Below are positions 24,253-33,638 of a DNA stretch of 64,000 bases, one piece after another (position 1 is the first letter of the stretch; each line of letters begins with the position of its first letter). The stretch comes from an uncultured Akkermansia sp. (GTDB lineage: Bacteria; Verrucomicrobiota; Kiritimatiellia; RFP12; JAAYNR01). A model generated the notes under the pieces. The model had not been told where the DNA came from and did no database searches. It worked only from the letters and a program-made list of their open reading frames with translations. Location of the stretch: positions 262 through 64,261 of the forward strand of contig CAZOJL010000004.1 of the NCBI GenBank assembly GCA_964580075.1. Direction: 5' to 3'. The position numbers were made by a program, and so were the translations under genes.

Positions 24253-26961
24253 ATGACTGTCGAACTCTGCCTTTCGCCGGGCGGTCGTTTCTATCTCGCT
24301 GAGTTGGAAGCGAGCGACGCCGCACAGCATGAAGCCGCTGTCGCCCGCTGGCGTCACGCGTTTGAATCGTCCGCAGCCGAAGGCTGCCTGTTGCTGGCCG
24401 CCTGCAATGATCCGCTGCCGTCCTCACTCGCCTTTGGCCGCGCCTTCGCCCGCCTCTATTTGACCGCCCTTTGCCATGCCCCGCGCGAGGAGGGCGCCAC
24501 GTTCCCCGAAATCGCCTCGCTCGCAGACCATGACTGGAAGGCGTGGCTTGAAATCGCGCCTCCTTTCCGCGGCATGGAGTTTTTTGACTCGGATCGCGCC
24601 ACCGCCCTCTGGCGGGAAATCCATGAGACGGCTCGGACGCGTGCCGGTACTGAGGCAGGCGGCGCGGATGCGTTCCTGCACGCGCTCAATCCCGCATGGC
24701 GGGCCGTTGGACGCGTCACGTTCCATCTTGCCGAAAACAAACGGAATTCCGACCGGCCTTTCGCGTTCATGGTCACCTATGCCAGCCGGCTCTCGGATAT
24801 CGGCCGGGTCCAGCACCTGCCGCTGAAACGAGCGTTGAGCGATTACGCGGGCGCAAAAAACCGTGACGCCCTGCTCCGTCTGCTCGCGCCCATTCAGCAG
24901 GCGGTCGCGAAAAGCGGGTTCGTCAAAGAGTTGTTTGAATCAGGCAGGATCTACCAGCCGTCCGCGTGGACTGCGCATGAGGCTTACCGCCTGCTGCGCG
25001 ATATCCCGGCGCTCGAAACCGCCGGGGTCATCGTCCGCGTCCCCGACTGGTGGAACCCCCGCAAGCCGCCGCGGCCGACGGTCAGCGTGCACCTGGGCGA
25101 CCGCCAGCCGTCGCGCCTGGGCACGGACGCGCTGCTGGACTTCAACCTGTCGGTGACGCTCGGCGACGAAACGCTCTCGCACGACGACATCCACGCGTTG
25201 CTGAGCGCTGAAACCGGCCTGGTCTCGTTACGCGGAAAATGGGTGGAAGTCAACCCCGGGCAGCTCCAGGAGGTGCTTGATCACTGGACGTCATTCGAAC
25301 AGGCCGCAGCCCGGGATGGCGTGTCATTCGCCGCGGCGATGCGGCTCATTTCCGGGGTGGCGCTCGGTGGCGACGCGGCCTCCCCCGAGGCCGAGCGGAT
25401 CAGCGCGTGGTCCGGGGTGCAGGCTGGCCGCTGGTTCTGCGAAACCCTGGCGCGCCTGCGCCAGCCGGAGTCGGCTGATGGCCCGCTCCCGTGTGCCGCA
25501 GAGCTGCAGGCGACGCTGCGGCCCTATCAGGAGACCGGCGTTCGCTGGCTCCATTTTATGATGAGCCTCGGCTTGGGCGGCTGTTTGGCCGACGACATGG
25601 GCCTCGGCAAAACGATCCAGACGCTCGCGCTCCTGCTGTGGCTCAAACGCGAAGCTCCCGCACACGCGCCGGCGCTGCTCGTGGCGCCCGCCTCGCTGCT
25701 GGCGAACTGGAAGGACGAGGCGCGGCGTTTCGCCCCATCCCTGCGCATCCTGATCGCCCACCCCTCGGGCGCCGATCCGCTGCTGCTGAAACGGTGTGAG
25801 GCCGCTCCGGCGGCGGCGCTCGCCTCGGTCGACCTCGTGGTCACGACCTACGGCATGGTCGCCCGCACCGACTGGCTCTCCCGCGTTTCCTGGCGGCTGG
25901 TTGTTCTGGACGAGGCGCAGGCCATCAAGAACGCCGGTACGCGGCAGGCGCGGGCCGTCAAAAACGTGAAGTCCTCCGGACGCCTTGCGCTCACCGGAAC
26001 GCCGGTCGAAAACCGGATCGGCGACCTCTGGTCGCTCTTCGACTTCATCAACCCGGGCCTGCTCGGCAGCGCAAAACGCTTTGAGTCGTTTCTCCGCGGC
26101 CGCGAAGACCTTCCCGACGCCTATGCGCCGATCCGGCGCCTGACGCGCCCCTACATCCTGCGCCGCCTCAAGACCGACCGTCGCGTCATTGCCGACCTTC
26201 CTGAAAAAACCGTGATGCCCGCGTACTGCGGCCTCACGCCGGCGCAGGCCGCACTCTATGCCGACCACGTGCGCCAGCTCAAACAGGCGCTGGAAGACGA
26301 GGCGGCGGCGGACCCCCTGAAGCGCCGCGCCCTGATCCTCACCGCGCTCATGCGCTTCAAGCAGATTTGCAACCATCCCGCGCAAGTGACCGGCGACGGC
26401 GATTTCGCCGAAGCGCGCAGCGGCAAGTTCGCCCGCCTGCGGGCGCTGTGCGAGGAGCTTGCCGAACGCCAGGACAAGGCGCTCGTCTTTACCCAGTACC
26501 GGGAGATGACCGAACCGCTCGCCGCATTTCTGGCCGGCCTCTTCCGGCGGCAGGGACTGATCCTCCACGGGGGAACGCCGGTCGGCCGCCGCCGCGCGCT
26601 GGTCGATTCGTTCCAGCGGGACGACGGCCCTCCCTTCTTCGTCCTCTCACTCAAGGCCGGCGGCACGGGCCTGAACCTCACGCAGGCCTCGCATGTGATC
26701 CATTTTGACCGGTGGTGGAATCCGGCCGTGGAGAACCAGGCCACGGACCGCGCCTTCCGCATCGGCCAAAAGAAAAACGTGATGGTCCACACCTTCATCT
26801 GCCGCGGCACGGTGGAGGATAAGATCCACGCGCTGCTCGAAGACAAGCGCGCGCTGGCCGATGAGATTCTGCAGGGCGGCGGCGAGAAGCTGCTGACCGA
26901 GATGAAAAACGAGGAACTGCTGAACTTTGTGGCGCTGGACCTCCACGCCGCAAGCGAATGA
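24253..26961 (+). CDS. SNF2-family helicase (DEAD-like N lobe plus helicase C) with a roughly 450-aa N-terminal domain
   Basis: Helicase motifs LADDMGLGKT, VLDEAQAIKN, LALTGTPVENRIGDLWSLFDFINPGLLG, GGTGLNLTQASHVIHFDRWWNPAVENQATDRAFRIGQKKNV. I placed the start at MTVELCL; the listed upstream extension runs through the MITE and the poly-G. Confidence 0.8.
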   Translation: MTVELCLSPGGRFYLAELEASDAAQHEAAVARWRHAFESSAAEGCLLLAACNDPLPSSLAFGRAFARLYLTALCHAPREEGATFPEIASLADHDWKAWLEIAPPFRGMEFFDSDRATALWREIHETARTRAGTEAGGADAFLHALNPAWRAVGRVTFHLAENKRNSDRPFAFMVTYASRLSDIGRVQHLPLKRALSDYAGAKNRDALLRLLAPIQQAVAKSGFVKELFESGRIYQPSAWTAHEAYRLLRDIPALETAGVIVRVPDWWNPRKPPRPTVSVHLGDRQPSRLGTDALLDFNLSVTLGDETLSHDDIHALLSAETGLVSLRGKWVEVNPGQLQEVLDHWTSFEQAAARDGVSFAAAMRLISGVALGGDAASPEAERISAWSGVQAGRWFCETLARLRQPESADGPLPCAAELQATLRPYQETGVRWLHFMMSLGLGGCLADDMGLGKTIQTLALLLWLKREAPAHAPALLVAPASLLANWKDEARRFAPSLRILIAHPSGADPLLLKRCEAAPAAALASVDLVVTTYGMVARTDWLSRVSWRLVVLDEAQAIKNAGTRQARAVKNVKSSGRLALTGTPVENRIGDLWSLFDFINPGLLGSAKRFESFLRGREDLPDAYAPIRRLTRPYILRRLKTDRRVIADLPEKTVMPAYCGLTPAQAALYADHVRQLKQALEDEAAADPLKRRALILTALMRFKQICNHPAQVTGDGDFAEARSGKFARLRALCEELAERQDKALVFTQYREMTEPLAAFLAGLFRRQGLILHGGTPVGRRRALVDSFQRDDGPPFFVLSLKAGGTGLNLTQASHVIHFDRWWNPAVENQATDRAFRIGQKKNVMVHTFICRGTVEDKIHALLEDKRALADEILQGGGEKLLTEMKNEELLNFVALDLHAASE

Positions 26962-27028
26962 ACCTAAAGGGAGCAGTTGATTCACCCAAAAAGAGCGCAA
27001 AAACAAACAACGCAACAAGGACGCAGCC

Positions 27029-27997
27029 ATGAGCCGTTACAGCCGAAGCCACCGCTATGATCGCTACAGCCATTTCTTCCCGGTCAAGAGCAAAGGCGAG
27101 CGCATCGCCGACGCCGCCAGGAAGCAACAGGCGCTGGAGAAAAAGGGGGCGCTACTTTCACCGGTCGTCCTGAAAGGCTTTGCCATCGCCTCAACCTTTT
27201 GGGGCAAGGCGTGGGGCAAAAACATCGAGTCGTACCACGATTATGCGAATCGCCTGCCGCGGGGCCGTTCGTATGTGCGCAGCAACAGCGTCATTGATCT
27301 GCAGATTGCGCCCGGCGTGGTGCGGGCCCAGGTGATGGGATCATCGCTCTACCGCATCGAGATCGGAATCAAGCGGGTCACCCCGGCCCACTGGAGGGCG
27401 ATCTGCGCGGCCTGCGCAGGCAAGATCGGCTCGCTGGTCGAGCTGCTGCAGGGGCGTATCTCGGGAGAGGTCATGGAAGTCATGACGCGTCCAGGCGAGG
27501 GGCTCTTTCCGAAACCCGCCGAGATCACGTTCAAATGCTCCTGCCCGGATATCGCCGGCATGTGCAAACACATCGCGGCGGTGATGTATGGCATCGGCAA
27601 CCGCCTCGACACCCAGCCGGAACTCCTCTTCCTGTTGCGCGGTGCGGACACCGCCGACTTGATCGCCTCCGCCGCCGACGCGCCGGCAACAGCCGCAGCC
27701 GCCGGCGAGTCTCTGGCCGCGGATGAGCTGGCCGATGTCTTCGGTGTTGAAATTGAAACATCCGCCACGCCCGCGCCGGCCACAATAGTGCAAAAAAATG
27801 CCGCCGTTTTTGCCGACGTCTCCGCCATTGCAAAACCGCGCGGCCGACCGCGGAAAGCCCCTGCGCCCGAAGCGGCGCCCGCCGCCCCAGCCCCGATACA
27901 CGAACTCAAGAAACCGCGCGGGCGACCGAAGAAACAGGCGCCGCTCCCGCCGCCCGTCAAACGCCCTCGCGGCCGCCCGCGCAAAACAGGCGTATGA
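27029..27997 (+). CDS. SWIM zinc-finger protein with three C-terminal AT-hook motifs
   Basis: SWIM CxC..CxH core (FKCSCPDIAGMCKHIAAV). The C-terminal 55 aa contain KPRGRPRKAP, KKPRGRPKKQAP and KRPRGRPRKTG, all with the (R)GRP AT-hook core. It lies directly downstream of the SNF2 gene. Confidence 0.7.
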   Translation: MSRYSRSHRYDRYSHFFPVKSKGERIADAARKQQALEKKGALLSPVVLKGFAIASTFWGKAWGKNIESYHDYANRLPRGRSYVRSNSVIDLQIAPGVVRAQVMGSSLYRIEIGIKRVTPAHWRAICAACAGKIGSLVELLQGRISGEVMEVMTRPGEGLFPKPAEITFKCSCPDIAGMCKHIAAVMYGIGNRLDTQPELLFLLRGADTADLIASAADAPATAAAAGESLAADELADVFGVEIETSATPAPATIVQKNAAVFADVSAIAKPRGRPRKAPAPEAAPAAPAPIHELKKPRGRPKKQAPLPPPVKRPRGRPRKTGV

Positions 27998-28013
27998 TCC
28001 CGGATATTGCCCC

Positions 28014-28159
28014 GCAATTCTCATTATGAGGCTATTGGGTCATCGGGGTCGGGGTCGGGGTCGGTATCGGAATCGGGGTCGAATTTCCGTTGGTTTTATC
28101 GATACCGATACCGATACCGACCCCGATGCCGATGGGCCCATCTCCAAAATGAGAATTGC
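28014..28159. mobile_element. MITE-like element, family A, intact copy in inverse orientation
   Basis: Reads gcaattctcattatgaggctattgggtcatcggggtcggggtcggggtcggtatcgg...gatgggcccatctccaaaatgagaattgc. A 9-bp direct duplication tattgcccc sits on both flanks (28005-28013 and 28164-28172; extended flanks cggatattgcccc / cgggtattgcccc). Confidence 0.7.
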
Positions 28160-28248
28160 CGGGTATTGCCCCGCTGCCCCGCTGATGGTATCATCTATCC
28201 TTCGAGTCGGCGGATGGTCCGCCTAGCGGAACCTTTTATGAGTCCCAC

Positions 28249-29928
28249 ATGATGAAACTTGTCATAGCAGCAGACCATGGCGGCCTTTCCCTGAAATCCG
28301 CTCTTCTCGCCCGTTTGTCGGCCCGCTCGATGAATGCCGAAGATCTCGGTTCGTGCTGTGCGGGTCCTGTCGATTATCCCGATATGGCCGTCCGGCTTGC
28401 CGAGCGGATTGTCGAGGGCCAGGCCGACCGCGGTGTGCTGATCTGCACCACCGGCATCGGCATGTCGATCGCGGCGAACCGCTTCAGCGGCGTCCGCGCC
28501 GCCCTGTGTGCCACAGCGGAGCAGGCGTGCTGCGCGCGCAGCCACAACGACGCGAATGTGCTGGTGCTCAACGGGCAGATGGACGCAGACACGTGTGCCG
28601 CCGTTCTGGACGCCTGGCTCGACACCCCGTTCTCCGGGGAGGTTCGTCATGTCCGCCGCATCGCCAAGCTCGAACGGTCCGGTCGGCTTGCCGAGGTTTC
28701 ACATTTGGCCCAGGCCGATCCCGAAATCCACGCAGCGGTGGTCGCACAGATCGAGCAGGAAGATTCGACCATCAACCTGATCGCCTCCGAAAACACCGTC
28801 AGCCGCGCCGTGCGCGAAGCGACGGGGAGCGTGCTCACCAACAAATACGCCGAAGGGTACCCCGCCAAGCGCTGGTACGGCGGATGCGGCCCCGTCGATC
28901 AAGCCGAGACGCTGGCCATCGAGCGGGCCAAGGCCCTGTTCGGCGCCGATCACGCCAATGTCCAGCCCCACTGCGGGAGTTCCGCCAACATGGCGGTCTA
29001 TTTCTCCGTGTTGAACCCCGGCGACACGATCCTCGCCATGTCGCTCGACCAGGGCGGACACCTCACGCACGGCAGTCCCGTAAATTTCTCGGGCAGACTC
29101 TTCAACATCGCCGCCTACACCGTCTCGCCCGAAACCGAGGTGCTGGACTACGATATCATCGCCGAACAGGCGCGCGTCTGCCGTCCGAAACTGATCGTCG
29201 CGGGCGCCAGCGCCTATCCGCGCATCCTCGATTTCGCCCGGTTCCGCGCCATTGCGGACGCCTGTGGCGCCCTGCTGATGGTGGATATGGCGCATATCGC
29301 CGGTCTGGTCGCGGGCGGCGCCCATCCGTCGCCCGTGCCGTTTTCCGATTTTGTCACCACCACCACCCACAAGACCCTCCGCGGTCCACGCAGCGGCATG
29401 GTCCTCTGCAAGGCCGCCTATGCCCACGTGATCGACAAGACCGTTTTTCCCGGTCTTCAGGGCGGGCCGCTGCAGAGCATCACGGCCGCCAAGGCGGTCT
29501 GCTTCGCCGAGGCGATGCGCCCCGAATTCAAAGCCTACGCCGGACAGGTGATCGCCAACGCGCGCGCCCTCGCCGCCACCCTCGCCGCGCGCGGCTTCCG
29601 CCTCGTCTCGGGCGGCACCGACAACCACCTGATGCTGGTCAACGTCGCGGCCCGCGGCCTCACCGGAAAAGCGGCGTCCGCCGCGCTCGATGCCGCCGGG
29701 ATCATCTGCAATAAGAATGCGATCCCGTTCGACACCCAGAGCCCCTTCGTCACCTCGGGCGTCCGCATCGGCACCGCCGCCGTCACCACACGCGGCATGG
29801 GCGAGGCCGAGATGACGCGCATCGGCGGCTGGATCGCCGATATTCTCTCGGACATCGACAATACCGACGTGCAGGCGCGCGTCCGGGGCGAAGTCGCCGA
29901 CTGCGCCAGCCGGTTTTCCGTACCGTGA
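28249..29928 (+). CDS. glyA: in-frame fusion of ribose-5-phosphate isomerase B (RpiB/LacAB, N-terminal about 150 aa) and serine hydroxymethyltransferase
   Basis: N-terminus [18 protein letters not shown]...[17 protein letters not shown]...[12 protein letters not shown]...[10 protein letters not shown] is RpiB. It then continues without a stop or frame change into [53 protein letters not shown]...HKTLRGPR (SHMT with the PLP lysine region). Confidence 0.8.
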   Translation: MMKLVIAADHGGLSLKSALLARLSARSMNAEDLGSCCAGPVDYPDMAVRLAERIVEGQADRGVLICTTGIGMSIAANRFSGVRAALCATAEQACCARSHNDANVLVLNGQMDADTCAAVLDAWLDTPFSGEVRHVRRIAKLERSGRLAEVSHLAQADPEIHAAVVAQIEQEDSTINLIASENTVSRAVREATGSVLTNKYAEGYPAKRWYGGCGPVDQAETLAIERAKALFGADHANVQPHCGSSANMAVYFSVLNPGDTILAMSLDQGGHLTHGSPVNFSGRLFNIAAYTVSPETEVLDYDIIAEQARVCRPKLIVAGASAYPRILDFARFRAIADACGALLMVDMAHIAGLVAGGAHPSPVPFSDFVTTTTHKTLRGPRSGMVLCKAAYAHVIDKTVFPGLQGGPLQSITAAKAVCFAEAMRPEFKAYAGQVIANARALAATLAARGFRLVSGGTDNHLMLVNVAARGLTGKAASAALDAAGIICNKNAIPFDTQSPFVTSGVRIGTAAVTTRGMGEAEMTRIGGWIADILSDIDNTDVQARVRGEVADCASRFSVP

Positions 29929-29947
29929 ACTCCATGAAAGGACGCCT

Positions 29948-30793
29948 ATGAGACATCTGACCCCCGTTGCTGTTATGCTGGCCGCCGGTTTTTTGGCGGG
30001 ATGCTTCGACCACCGCGAGGCGCCCCGCCGCCTCGTCACCTGCGACACGCTTGAGGCCGCGATCGCCCAGCGCGACACGGTCGGCGAGCTGCTGCTGCAG
30101 GGGCAGACGTTCGACGCGTTTCCCGCCGCAATTGCCACCTTCGGCAAGCTGGAGCGCTTGATTCTTCGCAACGCCCGCATCGAAGGGGGATTTGAGGCGC
30201 TTGCCGGCGCGAGCAGCCTCCGCATGCTCGATCTTTCGGGAATGCAACTCGCGGAGATTCCGCCCGCCGTGTTCGACCTCTCCGGCCTTGAACACCTCTA
30301 TTTCGCCAACAACGCCGCGACCAACCTCGTCGTCGATTTTGCCCGTCTGCCGGCGCTCACGTACCTCAACCTGGATCGAACCCCGCTCGAAGCGCTGCCT
30401 GATTCCGTGGGCGCCCTCTCCTCGCTCCGCTGGCTCCGCCTGAACAACACCCGCCTGACGGGCCTCCCCGACAGCATCGGCCGTCTCGAGTCCCTCCAAC
30501 GGCTCTACCTGCGCGCCGCCCAGTTGCAGGAGATACCGGCCTCCCTCGTCAAACTCACCCGCCTGGAAGACCTCAGCCTCAGCGGCAACCCGATCACGGT
30601 TTTTCCCGACTGGCTGACCGCCCTGCCGTGTTTGAGCAATCTCGATCTTAACGACACCCGCATCGCCGCGCTGCCCGCTGACCTCGCGGCGATGAAAGCC
30701 CTGCGAACCCTCTCCCTTTCGCGCTGTCCCATACCCGACGCCGAGCGGGCTCGAATCCGCGCGGCGCTCCCCGCATGTCATGTCGTCTTCTGA
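29948..30793 (+). CDS. leucine-rich-repeat lipoprotein
   Basis: Lipobox LAGC, then about 10 LRR units (L..L.L..N.L..LP.S.G.L). Confidence 0.6.
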   Translation: MRHLTPVAVMLAAGFLAGCFDHREAPRRLVTCDTLEAAIAQRDTVGELLLQGQTFDAFPAAIATFGKLERLILRNARIEGGFEALAGASSLRMLDLSGMQLAEIPPAVFDLSGLEHLYFANNAATNLVVDFARLPALTYLNLDRTPLEALPDSVGALSSLRWLRLNNTRLTGLPDSIGRLESLQRLYLRAAQLQEIPASLVKLTRLEDLSLSGNPITVFPDWLTALPCLSNLDLNDTRIAALPADLAAMKALRTLSLSRCPIPDAERARIRAALPACHVVF

Positions 30794-30836
30794 CCTCAAA
30801 CACCGCTGACCCCCACGTTATTCAGGATGTCCGTTC

Positions 30837-33617
30837 ATGAAAAAGTCGACCCGTCCGCACACGCTGCATGTGATCAATGCCACCCACTGGGACCGCGAAT
30901 GGTTGCTCTCCTTCGTCGGGTACCGACGCCATCTGTTGCACCACAATGACCGCCTGATCGCGCTCATGGAGCAGAATCCGGCGTTCAAACATTACCAGAT
31001 GGACGGCCAGTCCATCTGCATGGAGGATTACCTCCGCCTGCGGCCCGAGATGACCGCGCGGCTGCGCAGCCTGATCCGCGCCGGGCGGATCTTGGTCGGC
31101 CCGTGGTATACGTTGCCGGATATGCCGCTGCTGCATGGCGAAGCCGTGGCGCGCAACCTGCTGGTGGGCATCGGCGTTTCCGAGGCCTTGGGCGGAGCCA
31201 TGCGCGAGGGGTATACCGCCTGTTCAAACGGCCAGATTGCGCAATTGCCCCAGATCTACAACGGCTTCGATATCCGTTCGGCGGTGATCTACAAGGGCAT
31301 CGGCGACACGCGCGCCCCGCGCGAATTCCGCTGGCAGAGTCCCGATGGGTCGGAAGTGTTGACGCTTCACCTCGGCGCACGCTACGGTCGCACCAATTTC
31401 TACAGCCTGCTCTACCACGAAGTCATTGTCAATGTGATCCACGACACACCGGACCAGAATTGGGAATACGCGTTTACGGACAATTGGTATCCCTATCGTG
31501 TGGACGGTCTGCTACATCATGATCCCTACTCGTATCCCTGCCTCAACAGTCAGGAAGGGTGGCACCCCCGGCACCTCAAGCCCTATCTGGCCAAGCTTCG
31601 GGATACCACGGCGCGCGACGCGGCCACGTCGCACCTGGTCGGCTTCAATTGCATGGACCACACCCTGCCGTTTCCGGCGACTCCGAAGTTGATCGCGGCC
31701 GCAGACAAGGTCTTTGCCGATCTGCGTGTGCGGGACAGTTCCTTGCCCGAGGCCATGGCCGCCATCCGCCGCGAAGCCGGCACGAACCTGCCGGTCCACA
31801 GGGGTGAATTGCGCGATAGCAGGGTCTCGGAGCGGGATCGCGATGTCTGGTGGGCGACTCTGTCGGCGCGCATGGGTTTGAAAATTGCCAACCGCCTGAC
31901 CGAGCACATGCTCATTGATGTTGCCGAGCCGATCAGTACCTGGGCCTGGTTGAAAGGCGCGGAGTATCCCGCGGCGTCCCTCACCGAAGCCTGGAAGCTC
32001 CTGCTTGCCAGTCATGCCCACGACTCCATTGACGGCTGCAGCCTGACCAAAGTGGCCGATGACATCCTAGGGCGGCTCATCGACGTGCAATCCATGAGCG
32101 AAGGAATGCTCGAAGATGCCTGCCGCAGCCTCGTCCATTCCGCCCTGCTGCCGACGCGCGCCAGGAATAACCCGCCGGAGCCGCATCTGGTCATTTTCAA
32201 TCTGGACGCCCGCCCGCGCGGCGGTCTCTGCCAGATGGAGGTCGATCTCCCCGGCGCGACACCGGTCAAAACCTTGCGCCTGATCTCCGAAACCGGACTG
32301 GAAATCGAGCCCCACAGTCAGTTTCTGCACCCGTCGGGGTCGTCGGTCTTAGGTCTGGTGGGGCGCCCGATGACCACACGACGCTACCGGATCCAGTTCG
32401 AAGCGCCTGTCATTCCGCCGTTCAGTTGGGTGACCCTGAAGGTCGTGCCGGCGCCGGCGGCCGCGAAGCCCACGTCCCTGGTGCGCGGACACGTGCTGGA
32501 AAACGACGCGCTCAAGGCGGTTGTCCGCGCCGATGGCCGGATAGACTTGACGCACAAGGAGACGGGGGAGACCTACACCGGGCTGCACGCCTTCGAGGCC
32601 GTGGGCGACGTGGGCGACCCCTGGCTCTTCAAACCCGTCGGTCCGTCCGTCACGCCCTCCGGCGCGGCCGCTATTCGCGTGGTGGAGAACACGGCGTGGC
32701 GCGCCACGATCGAGGTCAAGACGCGTCTGGTTTTGCCGCTGGCACGTCCTGCCTCGGCGCGCGCGGGGACGCCGGAAACGGGCGAGGTGCTGCTGACCTC
32801 GCGCGTGTCGCTGACCCGCTCGGGCCGCCGGCTCGACATCGAAACTACGATCGACAACGCGTGCCGCGACCACCGCGTGAGGGTCTGCTTCCCCACCGGA
32901 ATTGCGACCGACACCACCTACGCCGGCGGTCAGTTCAGCGTTGACGAGCGGCCCACGAAACAGCCGGACATGTCCACCTGGATCGAACCGGTGGACGGCT
33001 ACCCGAATTTCGGCTTTGCCGGCCTGTCCGACGGCCGGCGGGGACTGGCGATCCTCAACCTCGGCCTTCCGGAATACTTTGTCACGGGCGAAAAATGCGA
33101 TACCCTGACCCTGACGTTATTGCGCGCCATGCAGCTCCGGCGCTGGCCGGAGGGAACAGGCGAGGCGCAATGGGCCGGGGCCCAAAACCTGGGCCGGATA
33201 ACGGCGCGCTACGCGCTTTATCCGCATGCGGGGGGCTGGCAGGACGGAAAACTGTGGCAGGCGTATCGCGACTTCTCCCGGCCGCTGATCTGCTCGGAGA
33301 TGGTCGGCGCGGTACGTTCCGGCAAGGGGAGCCTGCTGGCGATCGACGCGGCGGACATCGAGGTGGCCTGTGTGAAGAAGGCCGAGCGCGAAGACGGGCT
33401 GGTCGTGCGGATCTGGAACCCGACGGCCGCCGCGCAGGACTGCAAGCTGGCCTTGGGGATTCCCTTCACATCGGTGGTCACCACCAACCTGAACGAAGAT
33501 CCGCGGCCCGATGCGTCGGGCGCCCTGCGGATCCGTGGAAAGCGCGCCGTGCGAGTAACCGTGAGCGCGAGAAAGATTATGACATTGTTGTTTCGGTTTC
33601 GAGATGGGAATAAGTGA
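30837..33617 (+). CDS. glycoside hydrolase family 38 alpha-mannosidase
   Basis: N-terminal HVINATHWDREW plus LVGPWYTLPDM, typical of the GH38 catalytic domain; size 926 aa; no signal peptide. Confidence 0.75.
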   Translation: MKKSTRPHTLHVINATHWDREWLLSFVGYRRHLLHHNDRLIALMEQNPAFKHYQMDGQSICMEDYLRLRPEMTARLRSLIRAGRILVGPWYTLPDMPLLHGEAVARNLLVGIGVSEALGGAMREGYTACSNGQIAQLPQIYNGFDIRSAVIYKGIGDTRAPREFRWQSPDGSEVLTLHLGARYGRTNFYSLLYHEVIVNVIHDTPDQNWEYAFTDNWYPYRVDGLLHHDPYSYPCLNSQEGWHPRHLKPYLAKLRDTTARDAATSHLVGFNCMDHTLPFPATPKLIAAADKVFADLRVRDSSLPEAMAAIRREAGTNLPVHRGELRDSRVSERDRDVWWATLSARMGLKIANRLTEHMLIDVAEPISTWAWLKGAEYPAASLTEAWKLLLASHAHDSIDGCSLTKVADDILGRLIDVQSMSEGMLEDACRSLVHSALLPTRARNNPPEPHLVIFNLDARPRGGLCQMEVDLPGATPVKTLRLISETGLEIEPHSQFLHPSGSSVLGLVGRPMTTRRYRIQFEAPVIPPFSWVTLKVVPAPAAAKPTSLVRGHVLENDALKAVVRADGRIDLTHKETGETYTGLHAFEAVGDVGDPWLFKPVGPSVTPSGAAAIRVVENTAWRATIEVKTRLVLPLARPASARAGTPETGEVLLTSRVSLTRSGRRLDIETTIDNACRDHRVRVCFPTGIATDTTYAGGQFSVDERPTKQPDMSTWIEPVDGYPNFGFAGLSDGRRGLAILNLGLPEYFVTGEKCDTLTLTLLRAMQLRRWPEGTGEAQWAGAQNLGRITARYALYPHAGGWQDGKLWQAYRDFSRPLICSEMVGAVRSGKGSLLAIDAADIEVACVKKAEREDGLVVRIWNPTAAAQDCKLALGIPFTSVVTTNLNEDPRPDASGALRIRGKRAVRVTVSARKIMTLLFRFRDGNK

Positions 33618-33638
33618 TTCACACGTCTAGGAGGAAGA

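Noticed and set aside
25324-26568. 414-aa minus ORF
   Set aside because: Antisense to the SNF2 helicase motifs.
27341-28024. 227/222-aa minus ORFs
   Set aside because: Antisense to the SWIM/AT-hook gene.
28353-29714. 453-aa + ORF ([22 protein letters not shown]...)
   Set aside because: Alternative frame of the rpiB-glyA fusion. Arg/Pro-rich nonsense. The 559-aa frame carries both RpiB and SHMT motifs.
28699-30799. 508-aa and 338-aa minus ORFs
   Set aside because: Antisense to glyA and the LRR lipoprotein gene.
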